Source: Candidatus Dojkabacteria bacterium (GTDB lineage: Bacteria > Patescibacteriota > Dojkabacteria > JAOAGR01). From it: 64,000 nucleotides of DNA. Where the stretch lies: NCBI GenBank assembly GCA_026415655.1, contig JAOAGR010000004.1, positions 43 through 64,042 on the forward strand. Reading direction: 5' to 3'. This document shows positions 11,173-21,645 of the stretch, one piece after another. A model generated the notes under the pieces. That model was not told the origin of the DNA. It worked only from the letters and a program-made list of their open reading frames with translations, and made no database searches. The stretch's first letter is position 1; every line of letters starts with the position of its first letter. A program made the position numbers and the translations under genes.

Positions 11173-14148
11173 ATGACAAAAGAGCAAAAATTTTACCAAG
11201 CATTACAAGATGTATTTATCGGCGCAAAGATTGAAGGCACTGGTGGATTTGTTAATTTAATGAGAATAAAATCAAATTACTACAAAAAGATTGAGGAATT
11301 ACTCAAGAAAGATATTGAAAAAGCATTAGAAAGATATTCATCATTCAGAGATGAACTTTTTGATAAACTTTATTCATTTTTCAGTAGATATTTTACAGAA
11401 AGTGGATCAATATACTTCAATTCTACACCATTTCATAACAACATTTATGAAAAAGTTTATACCGATGATAAAGATGTTATTCTCTTCTGGAAAACACAGA
11501 TGCTTTACTATGTAAAAACCGACAGAATATTTAGAAGCTTAGAGATAGAAAGTGATGGGCATAAGTTTTTCTTTGATGTAAGTAATCTTGAACACAAGAA
11601 AGCAAATGAAAAACGAAGTTTGATATATGAATTAAAAGAAGTAAAAGAAGACAAGACTATTATTCTCAATGTTTATTATTCCGAAAAAGGAAGAGTAACA
11701 AAAACAGAAGATATACTAAAAGAATTGAAAAAGAAACATATAAGCCTAACCGAAGAAGAGTTAGAGAAATCATTTAGGATTTTTGAAAAACAAAGCGAAG
11801 TAGATTTTTTTATCAACAAAAACGCAAAAGCATTTTTACAGGAGCAGTTTAAGTTATGGAGTTATCAGTACTTTTGGGAAGGGGCAAAAGAGTGGAGTGT
11901 AGATAGAGTAAACCAGTTACAGATACTAAAAGACATAGCTTTTAAGATTATAGATTTTATCAGTCAGTTTGAAGATGAGCTAGTAAAGGTATGGAACAAA
12001 CCGAAGTTTGTAAAGAATAGTAATTATGTGATAACACTGGATAGGATAAATAACATAGAATTGATTGAAGAAATATTGAAGCATAAAGGTATAGAAGAAC
12101 AGGTAAAAGAATGGAAAGAGTTAGGAATAGTAGACGAAGATTTCAAGATAGATGATATTTTTGACAATTCCCCTTCTATGAAGGGGTGGCAGGCAGAGCC
12201 TGACGGGGTAGTCAGATGGAATGAATTACCTTTTGATCTTGAACTCAAAGAAACAGCCAAGGAACTGAGAAAAGCCGGTAATTTATCCGAGGTTTTATTA
12301 TGGAATCAAATCAAAAATAAAAAATTTTTAGGCTTGGACTTTGATAGACAAAAAATCATAGGAAATTACATTGTTGATTTTTATTGCAAGGATTTGGGGG
12401 TTGTTATTGAGATTGATGGTGCAAGTCATGATGAGAAAGTCGAATATGACAGAAAAAGAGATAAATATTTAGAAAGTTTGGGGTTAAAGGTAATACATAT
12501 TCTTGATACAGATGTAAAGAATAATCTTCAGGGGGTAATTGAGTTTTTAAAACGCGAAATTAAACACCCCGTCCCTTCGGGACACCCCTCTATTAGAGGG
12601 GAATTTAGTCATCTACCGATAGATACAAAATATTTCAAAGATTTAGAACTGGAAATACTTAGTCAATTTGATGATTTAGACAATGCTTTAGATGGATGGT
12701 TAATAAAAAGTGAGAACTATCAGGCTTTAAATACTATACTGCCAAAGTTTAGGGAAAAAATGCAGACGATTTATATAGATCCGCCGTTTAATTTAGATTC
12801 ATCTGATCAGTTTTTGTATAGGACTAACTACAAAGATGCAAACTGGGCAACACTACTTGAAAACAGGATAAGGATAGCTAGAGAATAGCTAAACGAAAAA
12901 GGAAGCATTTTTGTAAGGTGTGATTATAACGGAAACTGGATTGTAAGACCTCTAATGGATGAGATTTTCGGGGGGGAGAATTTTAGGAATGAGATTGTGA
13001 TTACTCGCGGTATGCAAACCAGAAAAGCAGAGAATAGATTATTAAATAAAACAGACTCGTTATTTTTCTATTTCAAGAATTCGGAGAGTGGGATTTTATA
13101 TATTCTTGAAAGAGAAAAAGAACATGTGAAGCACTACCAAGAAACATTAAGAACTCTCAAGAGATTAATTGATGATGAGATTTATAGAGAAATAGAGAAA
13201 AAATTAAATGAATCCCTTTGGATGCCTTTTCTAAGTATGCCAGGGGAACAAAAAACTAATGGGTATAGACAGATTTTCGGAATTAAGTTAAATCCACCTA
13301 AAGGACGGCACTGGGCTTTTTCACAAGAGAATTTAGATATAGCCGTTAAAGAAGGATTAGCGAGATTAAAATGTTTGAATTGCGGAACGATTATTACAGA
13401 AAATAACCAAATAGAAGACGGAAAATGCAGAGATTGTGGCAGTGAATCTTTTCAAGGAGAAATATTAAGCCTATATAACCAAATAAATAACAATTGGACA
13501 GACATCCCAGGATATGAACAAGACCCCGAATTTCCTACTCGCAACTCCGAAATCCTCCTCAAGCGTGTCATAGAATCCACATCCAACGAAGGCGATTTAG
13601 TTATGGATTTCTTTTTAGGTAGTGGTACCACTACAGCCGTAGCCCATAAACTTGGTAGGAAATGGATAGGAACAGAGATGGGAGAACACTTTTATACTGT
13701 AATTTTACCAAGGATGAAAAAAGTTTTAGCTTATGATAAATCAGGAATATCAAAAGAAAAAGATGTAAAAGAAAAGTACAATGAAAAAAATGCAGGCGGG
13801 TTTTTCAAATACTATGAACTTGAACAATATGAAGAAGCATTAAACAACTGTGTATATGAAGACAGTGATATATTCACTTCATCTAACAAATCACCTTATG
13901 AACAGTATGTATTTTTGAAAGATGAAAAGATGCTAAAAGCTTTAGAGATAGATTATCAAAACAATAAAGTAAAAGTAGATTTAGATAAACTTTATGAAAA
14001 TATTGACATAGCAGAAACCTTATCAAATCTCACAGGAAAATGGATAAAGAAAGTAAGAGAAAATGAAGTGGAATTTGAAGATGGCACAATAATAAACACA
14101 GAAGATTTGGATTATAAATTTATTAAGCCGTTGATTTGGTGGGAATAA
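11173..14148 (+). pseudogene. mod: Type III R-M methyltransferase (Mod, beta-class N6-adenine MTase) interrupted by in-frame TAG at 12886-12888; carries a ~360-aa N-terminal extension and an embedded DUF559 endonuclease-like domain
   Basis: ORFs 11173..12888 and 12955..14148 are in the same frame and the 66 nt between them translate without stop (LNEKGSIFVRCDYNGNWIV); DPPFN motif IV (~12790), FLGSGTT motif I (~13610), order IV-TRD-I; DUF559 signature LLWNQIKNKKFLGLDFDRQKIIGNYIVDFYC...IEIDGASHD at ~12280-12570. Confidence 0.75.
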
Positions 14149-14154
14149 TTTTTT

Positions 14155-15141
14155 ATGAAAAAAGAAAAGTTTAAAAAAGGTGAAATTATTATTTACAAGT
14201 CCAAAGAAGGCCCCAAACTTGAAGTTAGATTTTCTGCTGAAACTGTTTGGCTAAGACAGGAAGAAATAGCAAAGTTATTTGGCAAAGAAAGATCAGTAAT
14301 TACCAAGCATATCAAAAAAATTTTTACCGATAACGAAGTAGATAAAAAAAGCAATGTGCAATTTTTGCACATTCCAAACTCTGATAAGCCAGTTGCATTT
14401 TATAGTCTTGATGTAATTTTAGCAGTAGGTTATCGCACCAATTCTTCAAGAGCCATCCAGTTTAGAAAATGGGCTACTCAGATCTTAAAGAATTATTTGT
14501 TGAGAGGATACGCTCTAGATCAAAAAAAGTTACTCCACACACAAAACGCCTTAAAAGATTTGCAAGAGACTATCACTCTACTACAAGAAAAGTCAAGAGG
14601 CGAATTGCTTGCTGGACAACAGCAAGAAATTTTAAATCTGCTCTCAAACTATGCTAAAACTCTTAGTTTACTCGAACAATACGATAAAGAAAAAATTAAT
14701 CTCATAAAAAAAGCAAAAGACAAGTTTATTTTACAATACGATGAAGTAAAATCAATAATAGAAAATATAAAGAAAGAACTTATTGCCAAAAAAGAAGCAG
14801 GCTATTTATTTGGAAGAGAAAATAATGAAAATCTCAAAGCCATTTTAGGAAATATCTACCAGACATTTGGTGGTAAAGAACTCTATCCAAGTTTAGAAGA
14901 AAAAGCAGCACATCTGTTATATTTTATTATTAAAGATCATCCTTTTGTCGATGGTAATAAAAGAATAGCTTCTTTTTTGTTTATTTATTTTTTAGATAAA
15001 AACAATTATCTGTATAAGCAAAATGGTGAGAGGAAAATCAATGATAATGCTTTGACAACTCTGGCTCTTTTAATTGCAGTAAGCAATTCAAGTGAAAAAG
15101 AAAAAATAATAAAAATTATTACAAATCTAGTGGGTTTATGA
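14155..15141 (+). CDS. RhuM-family N-terminal domain fused to Fic/Doc domain (HPFVDGNKR motif)
   Basis: RhuM signature (EVRFSAETVWLRQEEIAKLFGKERSVITKHIKKIF...VGYRTNSSRAIQFRKWATQILK) and Doc-type motif HPFVDGNKRIASFLF; stop overlaps res start (ATGA). Confidence 0.75.
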   Translation: MKKEKFKKGEIIIYKSKEGPKLEVRFSAETVWLRQEEIAKLFGKERSVITKHIKKIFTDNEVDKKSNVQFLHIPNSDKPVAFYSLDVILAVGYRTNSSRAIQFRKWATQILKNYLLRGYALDQKKLLHTQNALKDLQETITLLQEKSRGELLAGQQQEILNLLSNYAKTLSLLEQYDKEKINLIKKAKDKFILQYDEVKSIIENIKKELIAKKEAGYLFGRENNENLKAILGNIYQTFGGKELYPSLEEKAAHLLYFIIKDHPFVDGNKRIASFLFIYFLDKNNYLYKQNGERKINDNALTTLALLIAVSNSSEKEKIIKIITNLVGL

Positions 15142-18104
15142 AACACTACTTACAAAACATAGTATCAAACCTTGATATTAACAATATTCCAGCGGACTGG
15201 TCGGATATTGATTTTGAAATATTTTCTAAAGATAAAAAACTTTTTGACTATCAACAAAAAGCATTGGAGCATGCGCTGAAATCCTTGTATTTATTTTATC
15301 AGGAAGACAATGGAGATAAATCTAAATTTTATAACAGATTTATTAATAACGGATTAACAGAAGATTTATCTTACAATGTTAAAAAGGAAAGCAAAACCAT
15401 AAAATACCTTTTAGAATACGATAAAGATTATCCTGTAGATAATGAAAAAATTTCATTTAAGCACCTTATAAACCGAATGTCTTTCTGGATGGCAACAGGT
15501 AGTGGTAAAACTCTTGTTATTGTTAAGCTTATCGAATTGCTTGCGTATCTTATCAATCAAAATAAAATACCTAAAAAAAATATTTTATTTTTGACATACA
15601 GAGAAGATCTAATTGAACAATTTAAAAATCATCTTGAAGAGTTTAATTCAGTTAATTCTGATAGCTTTATTAGTCTTATAAATCTGAAAGACTATTCTTC
15701 AAGAAAGCAAAATCCAACATTAAGTTTTGGCAATAGTATTGATATTTTTTATTATAGAAGTGATTTAATTTCAGATGAACAAAAAGATAAAATTGTAAAT
15801 TTTAAAAATTACGAAAATAACGGTAACTGGTATATTATCCTGGATGAAGCACACAAAGGCGACAGAGAAGATAGCAAAAGGCAGATATTCTATTCAATTT
15901 TAAGTAGGAATGGATTTTTGTTTAATTTTTCAGCGACATTCACAGATGAAAGAGATTTTGTAACCTGTGTTTATAATTTCAATCTATCAAAGTTTATCGA
16001 AGAAGGCTATGGTAAACATATTTACATTTCCAAACAAAGTGTAAATGCTTTAGAACAGAGAAATACAATAATTGATAACGAAAAACAGAAGATACTACTT
16101 AAATTATTTATTCTTCAATCTGCGATAAACAAACAATTTGAGGAAATACGAAAAGTAATTGGAAATCTTTATCATAAACCACTGTTGCTTACACTTGTAA
16201 ATTCTGTAAATACTGAAGATTCCGATCTTGAGTTATTTTTTAAGGAGATAGAAAAAATTGCAAGCAACAATATTGATAAAAGTATTTTTGAAGAAGCCAA
16301 AAACAATCTTTTACAGGAATTAGAAAGTAAAGATGCAAAATATGAATTTGAAGACATCCGCATTGACACTTCCATTCGCAATTCTATCAAACAAATACAA
16401 CCATCAGATTTGTTAAGGTATATTCTAAACTCCGCAAAACAGGGAAAAATTGAAGTAATAAAACTACCTTCAAACAAACAGGAATTGATTTTCAAACTTG
16501 CTACATCTGACCAACCATTCGCTTTGATGAAGATAGGCGATATAACCGAGTGGATAAAAAATAAACTCTCTCATTACGAAATAATAGAACGTTTTGAAAA
16601 CGAAAGTATTTTCAAAAATATCAATACAAATGAAGACATCAATATATTGATGGGGTCACGGGCTTTTTATGAGGGCTGGGATAGTAATAGGCCAAATCTT
16701 ATTTTGTTTATAAATATTGGAAAAGGAACGGATGCAAAAAAATTTGTACTTCAATCCATAGGTCGTGGAGTCAGAATTGAACCTTTGCCAAATAAAAGAA
16801 AGAGGTTGGTAAATCTATACAACAATAATGAAGTAGATGAAAGTCTTTATAATATAGTAAAAAATAATATTTTAGGACTTGAGACTTTATTTGTTTTTGG
16901 GACAAAAGCAGAAAACTTAAAAGAAGTTATTGAAACACTTAAACAGGAAAAAACAGAAGTTTTACTTGGTGATTTGTTTGAGATTAATCCAGATGTGTTA
17001 GATAAAGAACTGTTAATTCCACAATATAAAAAATCAAATAATTTGATTATAGAAGAAAAAGAAGTGATACAGTTTCCAATTAATGAAAATGATTTTGACG
17101 AAGTTTCAGACTATTTTAATTATATAGGCGATAAAGTTGCATTATGTAAATATGATTGCAATATCAAAGTTTTATCAAAGCTTAAAGAAGCATTTAATGG
17201 AAAAAAACAAAATTACTTTTTAATAAGTAATGATGAGTCAAAAGTTGGAAAACCAGAGGTGTTACTTTCGTTGATATTTAAACACTTTTCAAATGTTACA
17301 GAGGAATTTTCTAATTTCAAAAAGTTAAAAGAAGAGATCATCCACTTTAAGAGAATTCAAATTACACAAGACAAACTAAATTCTTTAAGAGAAAAGATTG
17401 AAAAGGTTAAGAGAGCAAAAGATAAAGATAAAATTGAAAAAGAACTTGATGAAAAATTTGACAAAGGTGAAGTTTCAAAAGAACAATACAAGCAACAAAT
17501 TAAAGAAATCGAATCAAATATAGTCAAAGAAGCAGAAACTCAATATAACACAAACGAGAAAATTAAAATAAAACTTTTACAAAACCATTATTACATACCT
17601 CTGGCTTTATCTGAAAGCGAAACAGCTGATTACATACAACATGTAATTAAACATAAAGGTGAAATTGATTTTCTAAACGAACTTGAAAACTACTTAAATC
17701 AAAACAACAATTTATTTAAACAATTTGACTGGTGGTATTTTTCTAAAATTGATGAAACACTGGATAACGTTTACATTCCTTATTACAATCCGAAAACAAA
17801 TAGAATAGATAGATTTAAGCCTGATTTTATCTTCTGGTTAAAAAAGGATAATAACTATACAATCTTATTTGTTGATCCAAAAGGAACAGAGCATACTGAT
17901 GGATATAGAAAAATTGATGGTTTTTCAAGGATTTTTGAGGAAAAAGTCAATGGACACGAACAAAATAGAAATTTTGCATATAACGGATTCACATTAACTG
18001 TAAAACTATTATTAAAAACTAGATCAGGGATAGGAAGTGTTTTGAATAAGTACAAAAAATACTGGTTTGATAACTTTGTTGATTTTTCGAATAAAATTAA
18101 GTAA
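15138..18104 (+). CDS. res: Type III restriction enzyme Res subunit (SF2 helicase + PD-(D/E)xK nuclease)
   Basis: Walker A MATGSGKT, DEAH box ILDEAHKG, motif VI QSIGRGVRI, C-terminal KPDF...VDPKG nuclease motif; 988 aa. Confidence 0.8.
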   Translation: MKHYLQNIVSNLDINNIPADWSDIDFEIFSKDKKLFDYQQKALEHALKSLYLFYQEDNGDKSKFYNRFINNGLTEDLSYNVKKESKTIKYLLEYDKDYPVDNEKISFKHLINRMSFWMATGSGKTLVIVKLIELLAYLINQNKIPKKNILFLTYREDLIEQFKNHLEEFNSVNSDSFISLINLKDYSSRKQNPTLSFGNSIDIFYYRSDLISDEQKDKIVNFKNYENNGNWYIILDEAHKGDREDSKRQIFYSILSRNGFLFNFSATFTDERDFVTCVYNFNLSKFIEEGYGKHIYISKQSVNALEQRNTIIDNEKQKILLKLFILQSAINKQFEEIRKVIGNLYHKPLLLTLVNSVNTEDSDLELFFKEIEKIASNNIDKSIFEEAKNNLLQELESKDAKYEFEDIRIDTSIRNSIKQIQPSDLLRYILNSAKQGKIEVIKLPSNKQELIFKLATSDQPFALMKIGDITEWIKNKLSHYEIIERFENESIFKNINTNEDINILMGSRAFYEGWDSNRPNLILFINIGKGTDAKKFVLQSIGRGVRIEPLPNKRKRLVNLYNNNEVDESLYNIVKNNILGLETLFVFGTKAENLKEVIETLKQEKTEVLLGDLFEINPDVLDKELLIPQYKKSNNLIIEEKEVIQFPINENDFDEVSDYFNYIGDKVALCKYDCNIKVLSKLKEAFNGKKQNYFLISNDESKVGKPEVLLSLIFKHFSNVTEEFSNFKKLKEEIIHFKRIQITQDKLNSLREKIEKVKRAKDKDKIEKELDEKFDKGEVSKEQYKQQIKEIESNIVKEAETQYNTNEKIKIKLLQNHYYIPLALSESETADYIQHVIKHKGEIDFLNELENYLNQNNNLFKQFDWWYFSKIDETLDNVYIPYYNPKTNRIDRFKPDFIFWLKKDNNYTILFVDPKGTEHTDGYRKIDGFSRIFEEKVNGHEQNRNFAYNGFTLTVKLLLKTRSGIGSVLNKYKKYWFDNFVDFSNKIK

Positions 18105-18242
18105 TAAAATTTTAGAAAATAAAAAAATGAGGTAACACTTAGAGTCTAGAATATTAAAATTCATCTGAATAGATGATTTTTCATAAAACTATAATTTGTT
18201 TATTAAAATACAACAAATATTGAATTAACCGTAATAAAAACA

Positions 18243-18627
18243 TAATATTTATATCATGAATAGTATCCAATACAAAGTAATAAAAGCATTCCCGATTATG
18301 ATGTTTGTAATTATTAACATAATCTTAATAACACTTGTTTCTATACTAGGTTATTATTACTTTACAAATAATCGACAAACAAATAATCAAAACTTAAGTA
18401 AGCCCTCCCTTACTACTACTCCTAGTGAAAATGTAATCATTGATAATGATCTAGTCGATGAATTATTTAGAGAAAATAGTACGCAAACCGATACACCAAC
18501 GCCTACATCAACAACATCTCCATCACCAACTCAATCACCAAGTTCCGGTCCCTCACCTACTGTCACAAATACCACAATAACCAGCACTCCACAACGTCAA
18601 ACACAGTCCCCCACTTCTATCCCGACA
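18243..18627 (+). repeat. Direct repeat copy 2 (partner of 10296..10690)
   Basis: See copy 1. Confidence 0.75.
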
Positions 18628-19533
18628 ACCACACAAAGAATACCGAATACAACTATTACAAATACTCCTTCAACAAACCCATTTAGTGTATCTGATTTTG
18701 TATCTATCTATGATGATTATACCGGTATTGAAATAAGCAGAATAAAATATTGGAAAGAGGATTATGAAGGACTAGTTGACTTACCTGCATTTTATAAGAG
18801 ATTTGTAGATGAAAATGGGAAAATCGTTGCCGAATATGAACTTTTACCATACGCCAATAATACTGTACCGACCCCAACACAATTGCTTTCTCAATACACT
18901 ATTTTAAATAGGCCTACCAAACAATATATCAGCCAAGATGAATATGTCATAATCGAAATAAGATTTTATCCGAATGAATTTGTCAACAATAATACAGTGA
19001 CTAGATTGAAGTTTTACTATCTAGATAATAATGAAAAAGTCAGGAAATTTGCTAACGAAACAGAAAAACAATATTTGATACAACTATCAAATGCTATTTC
19101 CAACTCTGTCAAATATACTACTATCACTACTATTACGCTAAATAATAAATACACATTTTATTTTCCAATATACAAGAATTTTTCTATAAACGGTAATAGC
19201 AATAGAATCATTGTTTATGAAAAAGATAACTTATCTGTACCCAAATTAACAATTAAACCATATCTAGATGATTTTATATCAACGTGTTACGATCTTAAAA
19301 ATGTTGATGGAGTAGACTATAACTCCAACTTTGAGATCATCGTCAAGGAAGGAAGCTTAAAGAATACAGAAGGTTGTTCTAGCGCCACAAAAAGTGTAAT
19401 CATATTTGAAATTAAAAATCATTTGTATATAACTATATTCTCTACTGATTCTAACTATGGCTATATGGGGGCTGTGGGTGATGGAAACATATTATTAGTT
19501 GATTACGTACTTGACTCTTTGAAAATCTTATAA
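18256..19533 (+). CDS. Membrane-anchored PT-rich surface protein (paralog B, 425 aa, different C-terminal domain)
   Basis: N-terminal 115 aa nearly identical to 10320 ORF, then unique ~300-aa domain. Confidence 0.5.
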   Translation: MNSIQYKVIKAFPIMMFVIINIILITLVSILGYYYFTNNRQTNNQNLSKPSLTTTPSENVIIDNDLVDELFRENSTQTDTPTPTSTTSPSPTQSPSSGPSPTVTNTTITSTPQRQTQSPTSIPTTTQRIPNTTITNTPSTNPFSVSDFVSIYDDYTGIEISRIKYWKEDYEGLVDLPAFYKRFVDENGKIVAEYELLPYANNTVPTPTQLLSQYTILNRPTKQYISQDEYVIIEIRFYPNEFVNNNTVTRLKFYYLDNNEKVRKFANETEKQYLIQLSNAISNSVKYTTITTITLNNKYTFYFPIYKNFSINGNSNRIIVYEKDNLSVPKLTIKPYLDDFISTCYDLKNVDGVDYNSNFEIIVKEGSLKNTEGCSSATKSVIIFEIKNHLYITIFSTDSNYGYMGAVGDGNILLVDYVLDSLKIL

Positions 19534-19561
19534 AACTTAAAATTCTTGCTAACATTCAAAT

Positions 19562-20662
19562 ATGATAGTAGAAAATCAAGTTGAGCTAGAAAAAACACAA
19601 ACTAATCAGGCCGAAACTAATCCAGCTGATACCAATTTGAATAATAATTCAAAGAATAATCTTCAAAAAAATACCAATGTAATATTAATTATATCTGCTG
19701 CAACTTTAATATTTCTTATTATCTTTTTTACTTTATTCTTAACAAATAAACAAAAGCAAAACGCTTATGGTTCAAATACAGAGTCAGAAACTACATCCGA
19801 AGTGAGAAATCCCGAAACTGATGATTCGTCCAATAATACTCAAGTTGAAAATTCAAATAGCGATACAGAAGAAAACTCCAATCAATCCGATCAGTCTAAT
19901 AATCAAAATACTCAAGTAAGAACACCTAGACCCCAAAATGACTTTTTATTTTATAGAGACAATATAAACGGACGTGTTCTGGGACATCCAAAAGATTGGA
20001 CAGTAAATGTATCTAATGATTATAAAGTAACATCTATTTCAAAGGATCAAAATAAAGTTATAGTTCAAAGAAAAAGAGAAACCCAAGTCCTTGCTAGTGT
20101 ACGTAGTGCAAATCCTGTAAAAACTATTCACTCTCCTGATTCTACAATACAGATATATTCAAATGGAAATAAATACACAAGCATCGTAAAGATACGAAAC
20201 GACCAGAAAATCAAAAATCCCTACGTTACAACTTCAGAATATGAGGCTCTATCAAACCAACAGACCAGCGATAGCATAAATTTACTTTCTGACATATCCA
20301 CTTCATTATCAAATGAACTATCAACCTACAATATAACTTACGGAAATAGAACCTATACCTTGAGATATCCCGCAAATACATGGGAACTTTTTAAAGAAAA
20401 CGACGAAATAAAACTTAGAAATAAAAACAATTTAGATATAACATTAAGTGTAAGAATAAAATCAAAATATAGCGGTGGAGGATATTGCTACGAAATATTA
20501 GAAAAGGAATCAAACACTATAAATAGTAGTATCAATTTTAAAGTTTTTCAAGGTAAAAAATCAGAAGATGGTCCTTGTGTAGAGATGTTATCAGCAGATG
20601 CCAAAAAGTATTTGATATATGCAACCGTAGACTTAACAAATGAAACAGTTTTAGAAATATAA
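19562..20662 (+). CDS. Membrane-anchored S/T/N-rich protein of unknown function
   Basis: N-terminal TM, low-complexity acidic/Ser-rich linker, C-terminal domain with GGGYCYE...C motif; ends TAA. Confidence 0.4.
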   Translation: MIVENQVELEKTQTNQAETNPADTNLNNNSKNNLQKNTNVILIISAATLIFLIIFFTLFLTNKQKQNAYGSNTESETTSEVRNPETDDSSNNTQVENSNSDTEENSNQSDQSNNQNTQVRTPRPQNDFLFYRDNINGRVLGHPKDWTVNVSNDYKVTSISKDQNKVIVQRKRETQVLASVRSANPVKTIHSPDSTIQIYSNGNKYTSIVKIRNDQKIKNPYVTTSEYEALSNQQTSDSINLLSDISTSLSNELSTYNITYGNRTYTLRYPANTWELFKENDEIKLRNKNNLDITLSVRIKSKYSGGGYCYEILEKESNTINSSINFKVFQGKKSEDGPCVEMLSADAKKYLIYATVDLTNETVLEI

Positions 20663-21205
20663 GGAGCAACAAATAATCCAAATTTAAATGAGATTCAGGA
20701 AGCTCTCATTTTTGATATTATATGTAATTTTGAGTTTGAAAAATATGTTGAATTAGAATTAGTTTCACCTCATCAAGCAACAGGTAAACCCGAATATTCG
20801 ATTTATTATCCTTCTAATAAATGGGAATACACTTTCAACCAAGGTCTATACAGATTTACGAGGAAAGATAATCCATCTTTTTCTTTCACCATGGAACCAG
20901 GATTCGTCCACACGGGAGGATATTATTGTTATGAATTCGATACAGCTAATCAAATAGAGAAATCACTCAACGGATTTACGACAATTTATACAAAAGCCCA
21001 ACGAATTAATCAACCGACAGAATTGTGTGATCAAAATTCTATTAGTTCATCAGAAAAATATATGTTTTTAATCGCTATATATGTAAGTGAGTTTGAACTT
21101 TATAAATTAACCTATTTTTCAGACAATAATAACTTGGATGAAGCTTCACAGATAATTTATGGCGAAATATTATCTAATTTTACTATAGATTTAGAAAGAA
21201 ATTAA
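20663..21205 (+). CDS. Second copy of the C-terminal domain of the preceding gene, in frame directly after its TAA (no in-frame ATG until 20891)
   Basis: Translation from 20663 in the same frame is open and repeats the motif order (YPSNKWEYTF...GGYYCYEF...C...KYMFLIAIY) of residues ~240-366 of the upstream ORF. Confidence 0.3.
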   Translation, partial: GATNNPNLNEIQEALIFDIICNFEFEKYVELELVSPHQATGKPEYSIYYPSNKWEYTFNQGLYRFTRKDNPSFSFTMEPGFVHTGGYYCYEFDTANQIEKSLNGFTTIYTKAQRINQPTELCDQNSISSSEKYMFLIAIYVSEFELYKLTYFSDNNNLDEASQIIYGEILSNFTIDLERN

Positions 21206-21270
21206 AATAAACAGGAAATGGTTTATTCGCTTGTAATTTTTATTGACTTTATTTGTAGTATAAATCAATA

Positions 21271-21645
21271 TCAATTAATTACAGCTAATACTTCTATTTC
21301 AATCAATGCATTTTTAGGCAAATTACTTACCTCAACAGTAGATCTAGCCGGCTTATGATCACTAAAATATTGACTATATAATTCGTTTACCATAGAAAAT
21401 TTGCTTATATCAGTAATAAAAATAGTTACTTTAACTACTTTATCAAGACTAGTACCTGCTTCTTCTAATATGGATCTAATATTTTGCATAATTTGATGAA
21501 ACTGATTTTCTAATCCTTCAACAAGCCGATTTGTGTTTGGATCTAATCCTATCTGACCAGAACAAAAGATGAAATTATCAACAACTATCGCTTGTGAATA
21601 CGGCCCAACTGGCGTTGGCGCTTTTGGTGTATTTATAATTTTCAT
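21271..21645 (-). CDS. ridA: RidA/YjgF family reactive-enamine deaminase
   Basis: Conserved YjgF/TdcF fold signature (PKAPTPVGPYSQAI...STVEVSNLP). Confidence 0.8.
   Translation of the reverse strand: MKIINTPKAPTPVGPYSQAIVVDNFIFCSGQIGLDPNTNRLVEGLENQFHQIMQNIRSILEEAGTSLDKVVKVTIFITDISKFSMVNELYSQYFSDHKPARSTVEVSNLPKNALIEIEVLAVIN

Noticed and set aside
12270-12570. DUF559 segment as an intein or separate overlapping gene
   Set aside because: It has no intein splice motifs (no Cys/Ser plus His-Asn junctions). It is in the same continuous frame as the flanking Mod sequence, so it is treated as a domain fusion.
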